In this document: piece after piece, positions 23,371 to 36,225 of the stretch
Position numbering within the stretch: position 1 is the first letter of the stretch
Layout: each line of letters opens with the position of its first letter
Assembly (NCBI RefSeq): GCF_018350175.1
Contig: NC_058382.1
Coordinates: 59,274,001-59,338,000, forward strand
Length of the DNA stretch: 64,000 nt
Origin: Felis catus
Lineage: Eukaryota
Reading direction: 5' to 3'
The notes under the pieces: model-generated
What the model saw: only the letters and a program-made list of their open reading frames with translations
The model's database searches: none
What the model was told of the DNA's origin: nothing
Program-made: the position numbers and the translations under genes

Positions 23371-23665
23371 AGTCCAAGCAGAATAAGCAGGGAGCTGCAG
23401 GGAGGCTCTGGGCAGGTGGGAAGCACGGCGTGTGGCTCTGTTCTGGGCGGCGCGGGAACCCTGCTCCCGGACCTGGTACCTCAGCTCTCCCCGTGAGGTG
23501 GGAGATTCCCACAGACTGCGCTCAGCCGGCCCAGAAGCACGTGGAGTCACCCCTGCCCACTTAACCCTGAAGGAGTGGACAGCATGATCCCCACCTGCAC
23601 CCAAAGCCACCAGTGAGCAGCTTCCTCTCGGAGCACCCTCTAAAACGGGGAAGTTTGGTCAAGAA

Positions 23666-23878
23666 CACGGGTTCTCCAGCTCAGCGCTGCTGACATTCAG
23701 GGCCGGACGGTTCTCCACGGTGGGGCCATCCTGGGCATCCCGGAGGGCTGACGGCATCCCTCGCCTCTGCCCACCAGGTACCAGTGTCACCCCCTGCCTG
23801 GTTAGAGCAACCAGCCCCACCTGCACACGTCTCCCACCGTCCCCTGCGGGGGACAGTCAGTCCAGCCGAGAACCCCTG
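23666..23878 (-). mobile_element. MER20 (hAT-Charlie non-autonomous DNA transposon)
   Basis: About 213 bp with termini CACGGGTTCTC.. and ..GAGAACCCCTG; internal CTGCTGACATTCAGGGCCGGACGGTTCT and GGCATCCCTCGCCTCTGCCCACCAGGTACCAGT match MER20. Confidence 0.8.
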
Positions 23879-24135
23879 TCCAAGGGGGCAGCCCACAGGC
23901 CCGTGCCAGCGCTCAGACCTGGAGCCCCACAGGGGTGGGGACCAGAGTGCCACCCTCGGCTGGGGTGGGACTAGGAGGGGCGACATGCACTGGGCCTGGG
24001 TGCCCCCCACATAGCCCCTCATCACTGGGTCCCAAAGGGGTCACCTCCTCATCCTCGTCTGCTACCAGCCAGCCCTGGGGCCTCAGCAGGCTACCTGCCC
24101 CGTGACTCTGGCTTCTCACCCCTACAACGGGGGAG

Positions 24136-24176
24136 TGTGTGTGTGTGTGCGTGTGTGTGTGCACGTGTGTGCGTGC
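24136..24176. repeat. (TG)n microsatellite, interrupted
   Basis: TGTGTGTGTGTGTGCGTGTGTGTGTGCACGTGTGTGCGTG. Confidence 0.9.
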
Positions 24177-24796
24177 GCCATCATCCCCGGCCTCGGTCCT
24201 GGACCCCCGTGCCTTCCAGCTCGGGCCTGTTTTCTACCCCAACCCACCCTCTGTCTGCAGCCACTCGAGGGACCCCTGACCATCCCTTCCGTGTCCAGTG
24301 GCCCTGCACGGGTGGGGACAAAGGGAGCCAAGCAGACCGTGCGGTAGCTGTGTGACCAGCTGCCAGCCAGGAGAGGTTTCCGGAACACCCGCTGCCTTAG
24401 TGGGTGATGGGCTTTGATGGCCTGCCAGAAATGATAGCCAGGCCCTGTTTGCTTTGCCTTATCTGAGTGTTTTGACCACTATTACCTCCTGTCCCCTCTG
24501 TCCCCGTATGGTGGTTATCAGCAGGCAGCCACGGCATCCGCCACACAAGGTGAAGGCATGGTGACCTTTCCCATGCCCATTTGTCTGCGCCCGAGACCGA
24601 GGCCCTCTGCCTCCCCGCGGACCCTGCCAGAGGGTCGCCCCAAACCGGGTGAGCCTGGAAGAGACCTGTGCCGCTTCGTATCTAACTACTCCCCCACATC
24701 CCGGGAAAGAGAGAGCCCCGGGGATGTGCATCTGCGAGTGAGGAGGGAATCTTGGCTGCTTTCTATTCCGGGGCCTGGCAAGTGGGGACCACCTGG

Positions 24797-25186
24797 TGTG
24801 TGCGTCCTAGGGCCGCCGTGACCAAAGACCGCAAGCCGGGTGGCCAACACAAGAGGAATTCACCGGAGGCCGGACGTCCGAGGTCAGGGTGCAGGCAGGG
24901 CGGGTTCCCTCTGAGGCCTCTCCCCAACCTCTGCAGGTTTGCAAGCGGCCCTGGCTCGTAGACGCATCCATCGCATCTCAAACAGCATCTCCCTGGGAGT
25001 GCGTCTGTGTCCACATTCCCCTTTTTATAAGGACACCCGCCGCATCGGTGGAGTAGGTCTACTCTGAGGACCTCGTCTTAACTGGGTCTCCTTCTGCAAA
25101 GACCTAATTTCCATATAAGGTCACATTCATAGTCCCCGGGGTCAGGCCCGCAACATCATTTTGGGGGGACAAAACTCAACCCCTGA
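24797..25186 (-). mobile_element. MaLR solo LTR (MLT1C/B-like)
   Basis: TCCTAGGGCCGCCGTGACCAAAGACCGCAAGCCGGGTGGC, CCCCTTTTTATAAGGACACC, TCTGCAAAGACCTAATTTCCATATAAGGTCACATTC and TTTTGGGGGGACAAAACTCAACCC. Confidence 0.85.
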
Positions 25187-25203
25187 TTTAAAATGGCACA
25201 TCC

Positions 25204-25422
25204 AGGGGCACAGGTGGCTCAGTCGGTTGAGCATCCGACCTCGACTAAGGTCCTGATCTCACGGTTCGTGGGTTCAAGCCCCGCGTCGGGCTCTGTGCTG
25301 ACAGCTCGGAGCCTGGAGCCTGCTTCGGATTCTGTGTCTCCCTCTCTCTCTGCCCCTAACCCACTCACATTCTGTCTCTTTCTCAAAAATGAATAAACTT
25401 CAAAAAAAAAATTTTTTTTAAA
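25204..25422 (+). mobile_element. Felid Can-SINE (SINEC_Fc-like)
   Basis: GGTGGCTCAGTCGGTTGAGCATCCGAC..GGCTCTGTGCTGACAGCTCGGAGCCTGGAGCCTGCTTCGGATTCTG with an A tail; target-site duplication (TSD) GGCACATCC at 25195-25203 and 25423-25431. Confidence 0.97.
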
Positions 25423-26019
25423 GGCACATCCGATCCCTGTCCCATCCCCCATCAGCTGAAGCAGGGTATCCACGGGGAGGCCACGTGAACTGCTACCCTC
25501 GTCCAATGGATGTGGGGAAACTAAGGCCCCAGAAAACGGGAGGTCCAAGGTCACCTGGTGGCAGAGGCAGCCTGGGACTGAGGTCCCCTCCTCCTGATTT
25601 GTGCCCTGTCCTCAGCTACAGGCTGTCTTTGCAAAGCCAAGCCCAGGGACTGCACTGGAATCTGCACAGTGGAGGCCAGTGTCCCTAGAGCTGAACTTGG
25701 CCTGTGAGTTTTCTGCTAGTTTTCCACGTCTGTCAGGTTTTCACCCCCAACCCTAAATGGTGCATGGAAGGTTGTCTCCATTCTCTCCAGGTGGGCTCTA
25801 AGATTCAGAGAGGCAAATTCACTCACTCAAGGCCACACAGCTAGCCAAGGGTGGGGAGAACTGGGGGCAGGATTCAAACCTGGGCCTCTCCAATTCCACA
25901 GCCTGCTCCCCAGACAACACTGCCCCCGGGAAACCAAGATTGCCAGTGCTGGGCGGTTAGACGGTCCCGGAACACCCTAGCAGGGCCGCTGCAGCCTTCC
26001 TGCGATGGATTCAGGAATG

Positions 26020-26232
26020 GCTCAGAATGCAGCGGGACCACGGTCCAGTCCCAGCTCTGCCACCGACTAGCTGTGTGGCCTCGGGTAAGTAACTTAACCT
26101 CTCTGTGCCTTGGTTTCCTCGCTGGTAAAACAGGCACGGAAGTAGCCAACCACTTAGGGTTGCTGGGGATTAAGTGGATTAACACACATAACATGCTTCT
26201 CACGGTGCCTCAAGAAATGTCAGCTCTTAATA
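26020..26232 (+). mobile_element. MIR SINE
   Basis: TCCCAGCTCTGCCACCGACTAGCTGTGTGGCCTCGGGTAAGTAACTTAACCTCTCTGTGCCTTGGTTTCCTC. Confidence 0.8.
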
Positions 26233-27179
26233 TTACTCCCGAGGGTAGCGTGCGGCTCCACAGAGGTGGGCCCAGCTGTCCCACAGCTGCTCTCCCCGAA
26301 TTTATGTTTCAGACCAGCCCTGGCCCCAGCCCCACTCATGCCCCCCCCCTCCCGTGGACCCATGACATCTCACTCCAAGACCTGTCCAAGCCACTATTAC
26401 GGTGATAAATCTCCCACCAGCCCCTGCCCACCCCCTCCGCTCTCTGCACAGAGACTGCGCCGCTATAAAAGTGTCCGGCCCGTGAAACCTAACCCGGACG
26501 TGCCCCATGACAGGGGGCGGCGTCTGCAACCCTCAGCGCCTTGCCTGATTGGAAAGCAATGCCGGCATCCCCCGGCCCACGCCCCGCGGCTTCAGGACGG
26601 GGTCTTGCAAAGAGCTTTGCTGCCAATTCCAATCTGGGGTGCACCCCCAGGGTGGGCAGGATTCCACAGAGGGGAGTCAGTTGCCAGCGACGGCACAGGA
26701 GTTAGCCAGGTGGGGAGTTAGCCACGAGGAGGTGTGCGAGCCTCAGAACCCAGCTCTAGGCGTCCAGCCTGTGCACTGAGCTCTGTCTTTCCACACCTTT
26801 GGGGGTAATAATGACACTCTTTTCTTGCTCCTCTGTAAAAAGAACTTACTGGCTTTATATAATAAACCAGCCCAATGGTAGTTTGGGGTTTCAGGCATGG
26901 CTTGCTCCAGGGCGCAAACAATGCCTCCAGAAACCGACTTCCCTCTCTATTTCTGGACTTCACCATAGGTTCTAGGGCTTTGATATGGATATCGGGGGGA
27001 GGTTTGTTTTTTGGGGGGGGACGTTTTTCAGCCTATTACATGTGCCTATAAGGGGTGCAAAAAAATGCTTCACAACTGGCACAGATAACAAGAGCGGGTA
27101 CCACTGCTGAGGACAAAAACTAAAATTTGATTTTGGCGCTCAGATTGATGAAGCCCTGTACCTAGAAAACCTCTTTTAA

Positions 27180-27375
27180 CAAATAGCAGTAAATACCATT
27201 TGTGGGGCACTTACTACACAGCCTTTGGGATCTACGTTGAAGCTCTTCCCTGCTTTCCAAGGTGAGGAAACCCATTTTACTGACCAGGAAACTAGGGCTC
27301 AGAGACATTTTGCCCAAAGGCAGAGTGAGGATTCGGCTGACCGCCCTCTGACTCCAGAGCCTGTGTCCTTTTCGG
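27180..27375 (-). mobile_element. MIR SINE
   Basis: CCCATTTTACTGACCAGGAAACTAGGGCTCAGAGA..TGCCCAAAGGC..TCTGACTCCAGAGCCTGTG. Confidence 0.7.
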
Positions 27376-28975
27376 CACATCCTGCTGTCTCCTTTGTCTG
27401 GAAACCCATCGTCGGGAGACGAATGGCTTCAGTGCTGTTTTAATAAACCTGAGCGCTAGGACATGCCAGTGCTGGGCACACACTCGTGCATTCACGGATC
27501 CAACAAATACGAAGGCGTCTTTCCATGGAGCAAGACGCAGGGCTCATGTGAAGAAGGGAAGACGTTTTCCTCCGCCCTCAAGGAGCTTGGATCCATAAGC
27601 CATGTAGTCCATATAAATATCCTGCTCTGACCAGGAGGAGGATCCCGAGGTTCAGAGAAGACCCCAGCTGGCGAACAACAGAGCCAGGATTTGCCTGCCC
27701 TTTACCACGTCCCCCTTTGGTGTTTGGTAGCTGAGTTCTTTTGTTACACTGTTGGGAATTACCCCCACCCCCAAACAAGGGGCTCTCCAGGACTCTCCCA
27801 CTAACCAGCTCTATGAACGTGGGAAAGTGAACGAGCCTCTCTGAACCTCCCCTTCCTTCACTGTAGACAAAGGGTGAGCCCATCAGAAAGCGACTGAAAG
27901 CGATAAATTAAGCAAACTCGAAGGCCCTAAGACCTGCAGAGACACCAGGCTCACATAACTGACAGCCCTGGATGGGGCCACTTGAGGGACAGCTGGGCCC
28001 CCCGGGGGGGCAGAAACGGTGTCAGCCCAGAGGGGTTCTTCTCTCTCCGCGTGTCAGATCCATTCCGGATCCAATGCTCAGACCTTTTCTGGTCTCACAT
28101 GGCCGCCAGCAGCTCCCAGGGCCACACCTGTCTGGATTCAAGCCCAGCAGGAGAGAGGAAGTGCCTCCAGCCCAGTGCTCCCTGTGCGGGCCCCAGGCAT
28201 CCCCCGGCTGGGCTGGCCCCTGTCAGTCCTCACCGAGGACTTGCACCGAGTAGGCTGGCCAGGCAGGGCTGACTGGCAGAGCCCTGGATCGGGTGCCCCT
28301 GGCTCCTCCAGAATGTCATCCGGAGAAGGAGGGATGGATGCCAGGGACGTACATAACACGCATCCGTACGGAAGGGCTTGGCAATCTCCTGCTCTGAACA
28401 CACACTGAAGTCACCTGGGGAACCAGTGCCTTGTCGGCAAGATCAGGTGAACCGGATCCCCAGGGACGGGGCCTGATGTCGGTGCCGCTGTGGCACGTCC
28501 CGTTGGCTCCACTGGGCAGCAAACCTGGGAGCAGCGGCTCACTTACTCGACTGGTTTGTTTTGTTTTATCCCATTTCATTTTCATTTCTTTTTTTTTCTT
28601 TTCCCTTTTCTTTTCATTTTTTGAAACGCCAACGGCCACGTGCATCAGCTCACCAGTACGTGCCTGGTGCCTGGATGAGGCAGGCAGGTAGCCTGACTGT
28701 CCCACGTTCTCCTCCAAACAGACCTCGAGAGCTTGTCTGGAGCTTCTATTGGCAGCATGGGCTACTCGTGTACGTTGACCCAGGAACGGTCCTCCTCTGT
28801 CGCAGAAGGTCGTCCCCTTGGACGGTGCACACAGCTTCGGGAGGGACGCACACGGAGCAGGGAGGGAGGGGACCCCGGCACAGCCGTCCGGATCTGCCTG
28901 ATCAAGCCTGGCGATGGACGGGGGGGTGACAGGGGCGTCACAGCCAGAGTGCCCTCACATCCTCAACTGAGTTTT

Positions 28976-29203
28976 GGTTTGTTTTAGTTTTAGTTTTTTT
29001 TACATTTATTTTTGAGAGACAGAGAGAGAGGTACAACGCAAGCAGGGTAGGGGCAGAGAGGGAGGGAGACACAGAATCCGAAGCAGGCTCCAGGCTGCGA
29101 GCTGTCAGCACAGAGCCCGACGCGGGGCTCAAACCCACAAACCATGAGATCATGACCGGAGCGGAAGTCGTTCGCTCAACTGACTGAACCACCCAGGCAC
29201 TCC
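28976..29203 (-). mobile_element. Felid Can-SINE (SINEC_Fc-like)
   Basis: ACAGAATCCGAAGCAGGCTCCAGGCTGCGAGCTGTCAGCACAGAGCCCGACGCGGGGCTCAAAC; 13-bp TSD TCAACTGAGTTTT at 28963-28975 and 29205-29217. Confidence 0.97.
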
Positions 29204-29231
29204 ATCAACTGAGTTTTATCTTAGAGGAGCA

Positions 29232-29610
29232 GTTCCTGGTCTGCCCGTGCTGCTGTAACAAAGTTCCCGAGACGGGGACCGGGGGGGGGGGGGGGGGGGA
29301 GGGGGGGAGGCGGGGCAGCGAACTAGCGGGGAGCATCCACAGACACTTGTGTTCTCACAGCTGTAGGGGCCGGGAAGTCCACGCTGACGGGGCCAGCACC
29401 ACCGTGTGCTGGTGAGAGCCATCTTCCCCACGCGTGTGCTCGGAGAGAGCACCCTTGTGCCTCCCCCACTTTGCGTAAGGACGCTGACCCCTCGTGACCT
29501 CATCCAACCCTGATCACCTCCCCGCGGCCCTTCCTCCGAGTGCCATCACATTCGAGGTCAGGGCTTGACACGGGAAAGGGCCTGGCTCCGCACTGTTAAT
29601 GCAAAGCCAC
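29232..29610 (-). mobile_element. MaLR solo LTR (MLT1A/MST-like) containing a poly-G expansion at 29281-29309
   Basis: GCTGCTGTAACAAAG, TTCTCACAGCTGTAGGGGCCGGGAAGTCCA, CTCGTGACCTCATCCAACCCTGATCACCTCCC and CCATCACATTCGAGGTCAGGGCTT. Confidence 0.7.
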
Positions 29611-30853
29611 GAACGTTCTAGGAGAAAAGACGCTTCAGAAGTTCTGCTGACACAGGGATCCCGATGTGTGCCGTGGAGTGAAATGGATGTCACGGCGGTG
29701 GCGTGGCCGTCTCCGCGTGGAGTCTCCGCGTGCCTCTGCGTGTCTTCTCCATCACATGGACGCGTTCGGGTGTCCACCGAGGCATCCACCAAGCAACTGG
29801 CCCGCTGCGGATTGTTTTTCCACTTGGTATTGATGGAGGAGAGGGCCAGACACGGTAAATTACCCGGAGCCGCAGGATGACCCAGTTGGAGTCACCGTGC
29901 GGGCCCACGGCTGTCTGATGACTGACGGGTGGACACGTGGTTCCATCCATCACGAGGGCCTGACGTGGGAAAGACGGATTGGTCGCAGAGCCGAAACAGA
30001 TGTGGCTCTGAGAGCCGGCCCCCGCCGCACGGCCAGGCTGTCGGGGGCCGTCCTCTGGACAGGCACCCCTTCTTGGAAAGGAGCCGTTAAATACCTACGT
30101 ATTCTTGGGACATCCCGATGGTTAGAATAAAACAATTCTACGTTTGCAGAAAGACAGAAAATATACTTTCCCATGATCAGCATCTTTGGGGTCAACTACT
30201 ATCATTTTAGTGCAGGGGCCAAACTCTATCCATACCTGAGCGACTCGGTGACACTTTTACATCCTCTGCAGGGACCCTAGCAGTGAAAAATATTAGCACG
30301 GTCTGTTCACTTTAAGAAATATGTCTAACATCCTTTCAGTGGCTTTCACCCCCAAAATTGAAATTTAAGCGAATTTTTGCTTTCGGGTCACCATGAAAAT
30401 CCCTTGATGATGTGATTGATGTGTGTGCTTCCTGGTGAGAGTCCAGCGTTGTGTTAAAGATCTCTGGACTAAGGGCCCCGGGCAGTCCCGGGCGGGACTG
30501 CAGAGACACGCTCGAGCCACGGAATCGCTCCACACCTGGGCGGGAAGACGGTCCCAGACAAGAGCTGCACAGAGGTCCGGCCCCCCCGCGAGAGTCACAC
30601 CGGGACCGACACAGGATCGCGGCGCCCCAGCTCCAAGCTCTCCACATCACGGGGTCTGGGGGAGGCGGGGGCCAGGCACTGGCACATTTCAAACACCCTG
30701 CAAGGGATGTGGATGGACACCTGGGGGAACCCTGAGCCGAGCCCAGGAACATGAGCACCCACGGAGGGTGGCCAGTGGTCTGGGGCCACACGGTGAGGAC
30801 AGGGTCAGCAGGGCCCTGAGCAGCCACAAACCCGCAGAACTTCACCAAGACCG

Positions 30854-31230
30854 TGTTAACGGGTGGAGTCGCGTCCCCCGAAAAGATACTGCCGTGTCTG
30901 AAGCCCAGGTCCCTGTGAATGTGACCTCACTTGCAAGTAGGGCCTGTAGACATGTAACCAGTTAAGATCAGGTCCCACTTGTTAGGACGAGCCCTAAATC
31001 CACGATGACGGGCGTCCTTATAAGGAGAGGAAGGTACAAGACGCAGACGCAGAGGTGGGGCTAGGTGGGGACGGAGGCAGACACTGGGGGGACAGGGCCA
31101 CAATCCAGGGGCCCTCTGGGAGCTGGAAGAGGCAGGAAGGATCTGGGACTTTCCCATAAGCAGAGCCGACAGCGTGAGGAAGCGTCGGCCCAGCCGGACA
31201 TGGGGGACGTTTGTGTGGTAGGGCTGGCTC
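30854..31230 (+). mobile_element. MaLR solo LTR (MLT1B/C-like)
   Basis: Starts with TG; GTCCCCCGAAAAGATA, CCTGTGAATGTGACCTCACTTG, GTTAAGATCAGGTC, GCCCTAAATCCA..GTCCTTATAAGGAGAGG and GAGCTGGAAGAGGCAGGAAGGAT. Confidence 0.82.
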
Positions 31231-32984
31231 AGAGAGGTCCCTTCCCTTGAGACCTGGGCAGGCCAGGCCATTCCCCTCAAGCAGGCCCACCCCGTCAGCC
31301 TTCCTGCCACCCACAGCAACCCCTCGTCAGGACCCACGTCCACTGCAGCCGGGAGCCCTGTCCAGTCCCAGAGGGTGGCGGGCCACATTCCCTCCTGCCG
31401 CCACACGTCCGCCGGGAGCAATCCTGACTCCGGACAGACTCACCACCTTCACTGGGGGGCAAAGACTCACCCGGACCTGGCCCCACCCCAATCACAGTTG
31501 ACGGTCACAGGCCAGCCCGCGTCCACAGCTGTCGCTCCCACCGTGGGGTGAGTGGGGAGCACACGGTGCACCGGCCAAGAGCGTGCGTCCACGTGAACCT
31601 CTGCCGCTGACCGGGGTGGGTGTGCCAAGCCCCTAGTGCCTCGGAGCTATGCGTCCTCGTCTTTGGTAGACAATGTCGCGTCTAGCTCTCACCAAAGGTG
31701 TCGGGAGTAGACACCACGGTGCCTGGCACAAGACGAGGGCGCCACGAACACGGCCGTCACCGTGGGCTTCATTGTGGCCATCAGCCATCGGGGCCCAGCT
31801 GTTTGGCAGTCTCTGGGCGGTTCGAGCAGAGGACAGCGGGCCTGTGGAAGGCCAGTGGAGGCAGGAAGCAGGGTAAAACAGGAGGCCCCAGAAGGGGGCC
31901 CTGAGAGCACGCCCGCTCCGTTCGGGGACAGCTCCACACTGAGGGACACAGCCAACAAGGTGGCACGTCCACTGTGACGTCTGTCTGAAGACGGCAGGAG
32001 CAGGAAGGGATCCCGGAGCCGGTGCGTTCGTGTCCTGCCCCCCGACGATCTCCAGGGGCCACATCCCTGCCCCTAGTACACACGTCAGAGCCTCTCTGGT
32101 CTGGTCCCCGCTCACCTGGCCAGCCTCGTCCTTTCCACACTGACCCCCGCCCCACCTCAAAGTGCACACGTCGCCACGCTGACCGGCTTTCAATCCTCTT
32201 AGTGACTGGCGTCTGACAGACACGAGTCCTCTCGTCTCCGTCACTGCCTTTGTTCTTTCTCACCTCTGCCTGTCCGCATCCCACCTGCCCCCTCGGAGCC
32301 TGCACCCCCAGGGCCGGTGGACAAGCAACAGCATCACCCGGTGTGGCATCAAGCGTTAAGGCTTACTCGTGGAAAGTTACCCGCAGAACTAGTATCTCTA
32401 CAACAAACTCTACTGCGTCTTGTTTGTTTTTTTGTCCAATTAAATATTAATCCTTCTGTGAGGGAGAAGGGAGATGGTTGATGGTGTCGGGCCACCGAAA
32501 CGCACAAACGTGGGAGGCGCGTTAAAAAGATCGGTTAACACCGGGCTCTGCTATGCCCGTGTTGTGCTCTGGGATTAATGTGTGGCTCCTACAGGGACCA
32601 TCTTCCCAAATAAATCCCAAGAAAGGGATGACAGATCTTGGCTTGCTTCCCACGGTTCAGGAACTTTCCCTTAATCGTAAGTAGGATTTCTTCATTTGGA
32701 GATCTGAGAAGAGTATTAAAGGGAGACATTGCGTTAAGCCTCTCAATGTGTGGTTTATGTATTCGTCCGCTCTCACAAAGTTGTCCAGGGTCACACAGCT
32801 ACTAGGTCACCGAGCCAAAATTTGATCCCGGGTGTGCTAAAAATACTTTCTTCTCCTACAAAAGAGCCGTGTCCTTAGAGACTGACCCCTTCATGAGAGG
32901 AAGCTGTGAATTTAAGATACAGATCAATGCCTTCAGAGTCAGAGTGACCCGGGCTTCCCCTCTAAGTGGGGCCAGGGAGTCTGT

Positions 32985-33160
32985 CCCCACGTACCGAGGT
33001 GGTTAAAAGTTCAGCCTTGGAGACTGTGGTCTGACTTCCTGAGATCGAACCTAGCCCCGCAGACTTAGGAGAGTGAACCTGGCCAACCACGTTCACCCGC
33101 CTGCACACGACTCCTCCTGTGTAAACAGGACAATGAGACGAAACACGTTTTCAAAGCAGT
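32985..33160 (+). mobile_element. MIR SINE
   Basis: GTGGTTAAAAGTTCAGCCTTGGAG..CTTCCTGAGATCGAACCTAGC..CCTCCTGTGTAAACAGGACAATG. Confidence 0.55.
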
Positions 33161-33179
33161 GCTATGTCTCAGGGCCTGT

Positions 33180-33655
33180 GTGTGCCCCAAAGCCCAGCCA
33201 CCCCACTCCCAGGTAAACCCCACCAGCCTGGGTCCACGTGTCCCCCAGAACAGGGACAGGGGTGCTCATTAGTACCCAGCCTGCCACTGCCCAAGGCCGG
33301 TCCCCAGGGAGGCCACAAGTCAGTTGTATGGTCGTCACAATGGGAGGCCCGCCGAGAGAAGGCACGAGGTGTCGCTACCTAAAACAAGGCAGACGGCTTT
33401 TCACGAGCAGCGTGGGTGAACAGAGCCCCGCACGACGATGCCTGTGTGTGGTCCCTTGTACTGTGCTCGAGATGGGTGCACTCACCTCCGGTGGTAGGAC
33501 TCAGGAGAGTGGTTACCTGGAGGTGGGGGGCCTCGAGGGGCTGACGGTAATCCCCTTCTGGGTGTGTTCACTGTGTGAAAATGTATGTACAGATCTAGAC
33601 ACAAGGATATACAGGTCCTATAGGTACATACACACAAATCTTCAACAGAAGCTTG
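33180..33655 (+). mobile_element. Old L1 3' end (L1ME-like), GC-shifted
   Basis: CCCAGCCACCCCACTCCCAGGTA, TCAGGAGAGTGGTTACC and GGGTGTGTTCACTGTGTGAAAAT follow the L1ME 3' UTR order. Confidence 0.55.
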
Positions 33656-34277
33656 AAGAATCCGGCCCGTAAAATCCTCACTCGCCACAACACCTGTTCC
33701 CAGGTAAGCCCTTCCCCAGGCTGCACGAGCGCACACAGCTTCGTACCAAAGGATCCCTTCCTCCGGGTCTCGGGGGTCAATCCCTAGGGACTCACATAAT
33801 CTGTACAGGGGTCACCCGTCAACTTCCACGTGGCTTTCAGCTCGCAGGCTCACTCCCTCCACGCGGACGGGTGAGGCCGGGGGCCGTGGAGACGGCAGGT
33901 GGGAAAGTGGGATCCTGAGCTGAGTGAACCATCCAGGAGGGAGGAACAGGGGGACCTAGGGGAGCCCAGCACTTGGAGAAAAGCCCCCGAGTGTTAAGTG
34001 ACTTCTAGAAATGTGAGGCTGTGGCAGTGGTCATCCGGAAGCCCAGGGGGTGGAGAACAGGATGCAGTTCAGAGGCAAGGCTGGGGAGCAAAGCCATCCA
34101 TCCGGGGCTTCCTTAAGTGTGGTCTGGGGCTTGAGCAGAGGCTGGCAGGGCCATGCAGGGACGAGAACAGCTCTCAGAGGGATGAGGGGCCCAAAGTTTG
34201 CCCCCCTGACTCTCACCCTGCCTTCTTCATGGCCTTTCATGGGCTCTCTGGGGCTCGATGGAGCAGTCTGTAAAGCA

Positions 34278-34604
34278 GACATTGAATTCAACAGACTTTG
34301 ACTAAAGCATATTGCTCTCCATCACGTGGGTGGGCCTCACATAATCAGGTGAAAGCCTACTAGAGGAAAGACTCACTTCCCCCACTGACAGCTTTCACAC
34401 TCAAGACAGCTCTTCCCTGGGTCTCCAGTCTGCTGGCCTGCCCTGCAGATTTTGGACTTGGACAGCCTCCACAATCACATGGCTCAATTCCTTTGAATGA
34501 AAAAATGAACGAATGAACGAATTTTAGAGATAAAGACAGAGATAGACAGATAGATGTGGGTTGATCCTGCTGGTTCCGTTTCTCTGGGAAGCCTGACTGA
34601 TAGG
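34278..34604 (+). mobile_element. ERVL solo LTR (MLT2B/D-like)
   Basis: GACTTTGACTAAAGCATATTGCTCTCCATCACGTGGGTGGGCCTCA, CTCTTCCCTGGGTCTCCAGTCTGCTGGCCTGCCCTGCAGATTTTGGACTTG, CCTCCACAATCACATG and TGGTTCCGTTTCTCTG. Confidence 0.88.
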
Positions 34605-35139
34605 ATCACAGAACCTTCCAAGCATTTGTTGGAGATGCAGAAGGAAAGAGAAGAGAAACTTCACAGCAAGCAGAGGGCCAGTTAGACGGGGCAGCTGCAG
34701 GGTTGAACGCTATCTAAGGAGCGGGTGCAGCACATCACCGTGACATCCTGCTGCTGGACACCCCCTGTCTAAAGTGACAACCTGCTTGCCACGGGGACGC
34801 TGGGACCTAACCATGTCGGTACGTGTGTAGTAGGTGCTCAGTCAACAGGAGTGGACGGCGATCCGCCTCCGGGTCTGAACACCCCCACCACGGGCAGACG
34901 ATTCTCTGCTTCCCCACGGGTGTTGTTCAGCCTCCACACGTGCTATTCGTCAGCGTTGTTTTGGCTCGGTGTCACTTTCTTACTTTCCAGTCCATCTGGG
35001 TAGCTCGTTTCTTTGGGATGTACCATAAATGTGCGTATTCATGACAATCAGGGGATTTAATATCGCAAGGATCTCACAAAAGAGCCTAACACTGTTCCTG
35101 GCACCGAGAAGTGGAGTTTTTAAAAATATGTTTCCCTCA

Positions 35140-35276
35140 GGGGTGCCAAGGAGGGGTCTGTCGGTTAAGCATCCGACTTTGGCTCAGGTCATGATCTCAT
35201 GGTTCATGGGTTCAAGCCCCGCATCAGGCTCTGTGCTGATGGTTCCAAGCCTGGAGCCTGCCTCATGGATTCTGTC

Positions 35277-35311
<35 letters not shown>

Positions 35312-35379
35312 GCCCCTCCCCCATTCGTGCTCTCTTTCTCTCTCTCAAAAATAAATAAACGTTAAAAAAATAATTACAC
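35140..35379 (+). mobile_element. Felid Can-SINE (SINEC_Fc-like)
   Basis: GTCGGTTAAGCATCCGACTTTGGCTCAGGTCATGATCTC, a (CTGT)n/(CT)n tract and AATAAATAAACGTTAAAAAAA; TSD ATATGTTTCCCT at 35126-35137 and 35380-35391. Confidence 0.96.
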
Positions 35380-35499
35380 ATATGTTTCCCTTATAAGTTT
35401 CACAAAGTGAAATATTAAGAGTCAAACAATTTTTACAGATGCCCCCCAACAAAAGTCCTTTAAAGTCTTTGCACTCTTTGTACCCTCTAATAACACAAC

Positions 35500-35792
35500 G
35501 ATGGGGGGATGGTTCTCGCAGATGGACACAGAAGAGACCCCTCTGCGTGGCCTCATTATGGGCAATTCCAGAACTGAGAACGGAGCTCAATCCATGTGGG
35601 GAGATCAGAGAGAAGCCTCCTCACCGAGGAAGGGGGTGGTACTGACTGGAGGGGCACAGGGTGCTTCTGGGGGCCGGAAATGCCGGTCTGGGCGGCGCTC
35701 ACATGGGCGTGTGCACACTGTGGAAAAATCCAGCGAGCGGTGCGGGTAAGATGTGCGCTCCCCCCCGAATGCGTCTCCTTCAACAGAAAATC
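35500..35792 (+). mobile_element. Old L1 3' end fragment (L1ME-like)
   Basis: ACTGACTGGAGGGGCACAGGGTGCTTCTGGGGGCCGGAAATG..TCACATGGGCGTGTGCACACTGTGGAAAAATCCAGCGAGC..TAAGATGTGCGC. Confidence 0.6.
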
Positions 35793-36039
35793 CGTAAAAC
35801 AGCTTCAGCCTAGAATAGACTGACATAGCAGAGGGTTTACATGTTCTTACAACCGTTGACAGCAAAGGCGTTTACGTGGTTCTGAGCTTAAAAGGTCCAT
35901 CTTCAGAAACTCTTCCCCGTCCCAATCTCTACTGTCGCGCCCACTCCCTGTGCGGCCTGCCAGGTTCCAGATGAGCCCAATGCGCACGGGCTCTTGCACG
36001 TTCCGCGAAATTTCACTGTCTAACCAGGAACAACAAGCA

Positions 36040-36225
36040 ACCACTGAGCGCTTGCTATCTACCTAACGTTACAATCGCCACTTACAAACATTCTGTTTTC
36101 TACTCTCCTTTCATTGGTAGGGAAATTGAGGCACAGAGGTGGTAAGCGATTTGCTCCAGGCCACGCAGCTAGTGAGGGGCAGAGCTGCGGTCTGAGCCCG
36201 CCAGTCTGGCCGTGAGCCGTGCCCT
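36040..36225 (-). mobile_element. MIR SINE
   Basis: GGGAAATTGAGGCACAGAGGTGGTAAGCGATTTGCTCCAGGCCACGCAGCTAGTGAGGGGCAGAGCTG. Confidence 0.78.
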
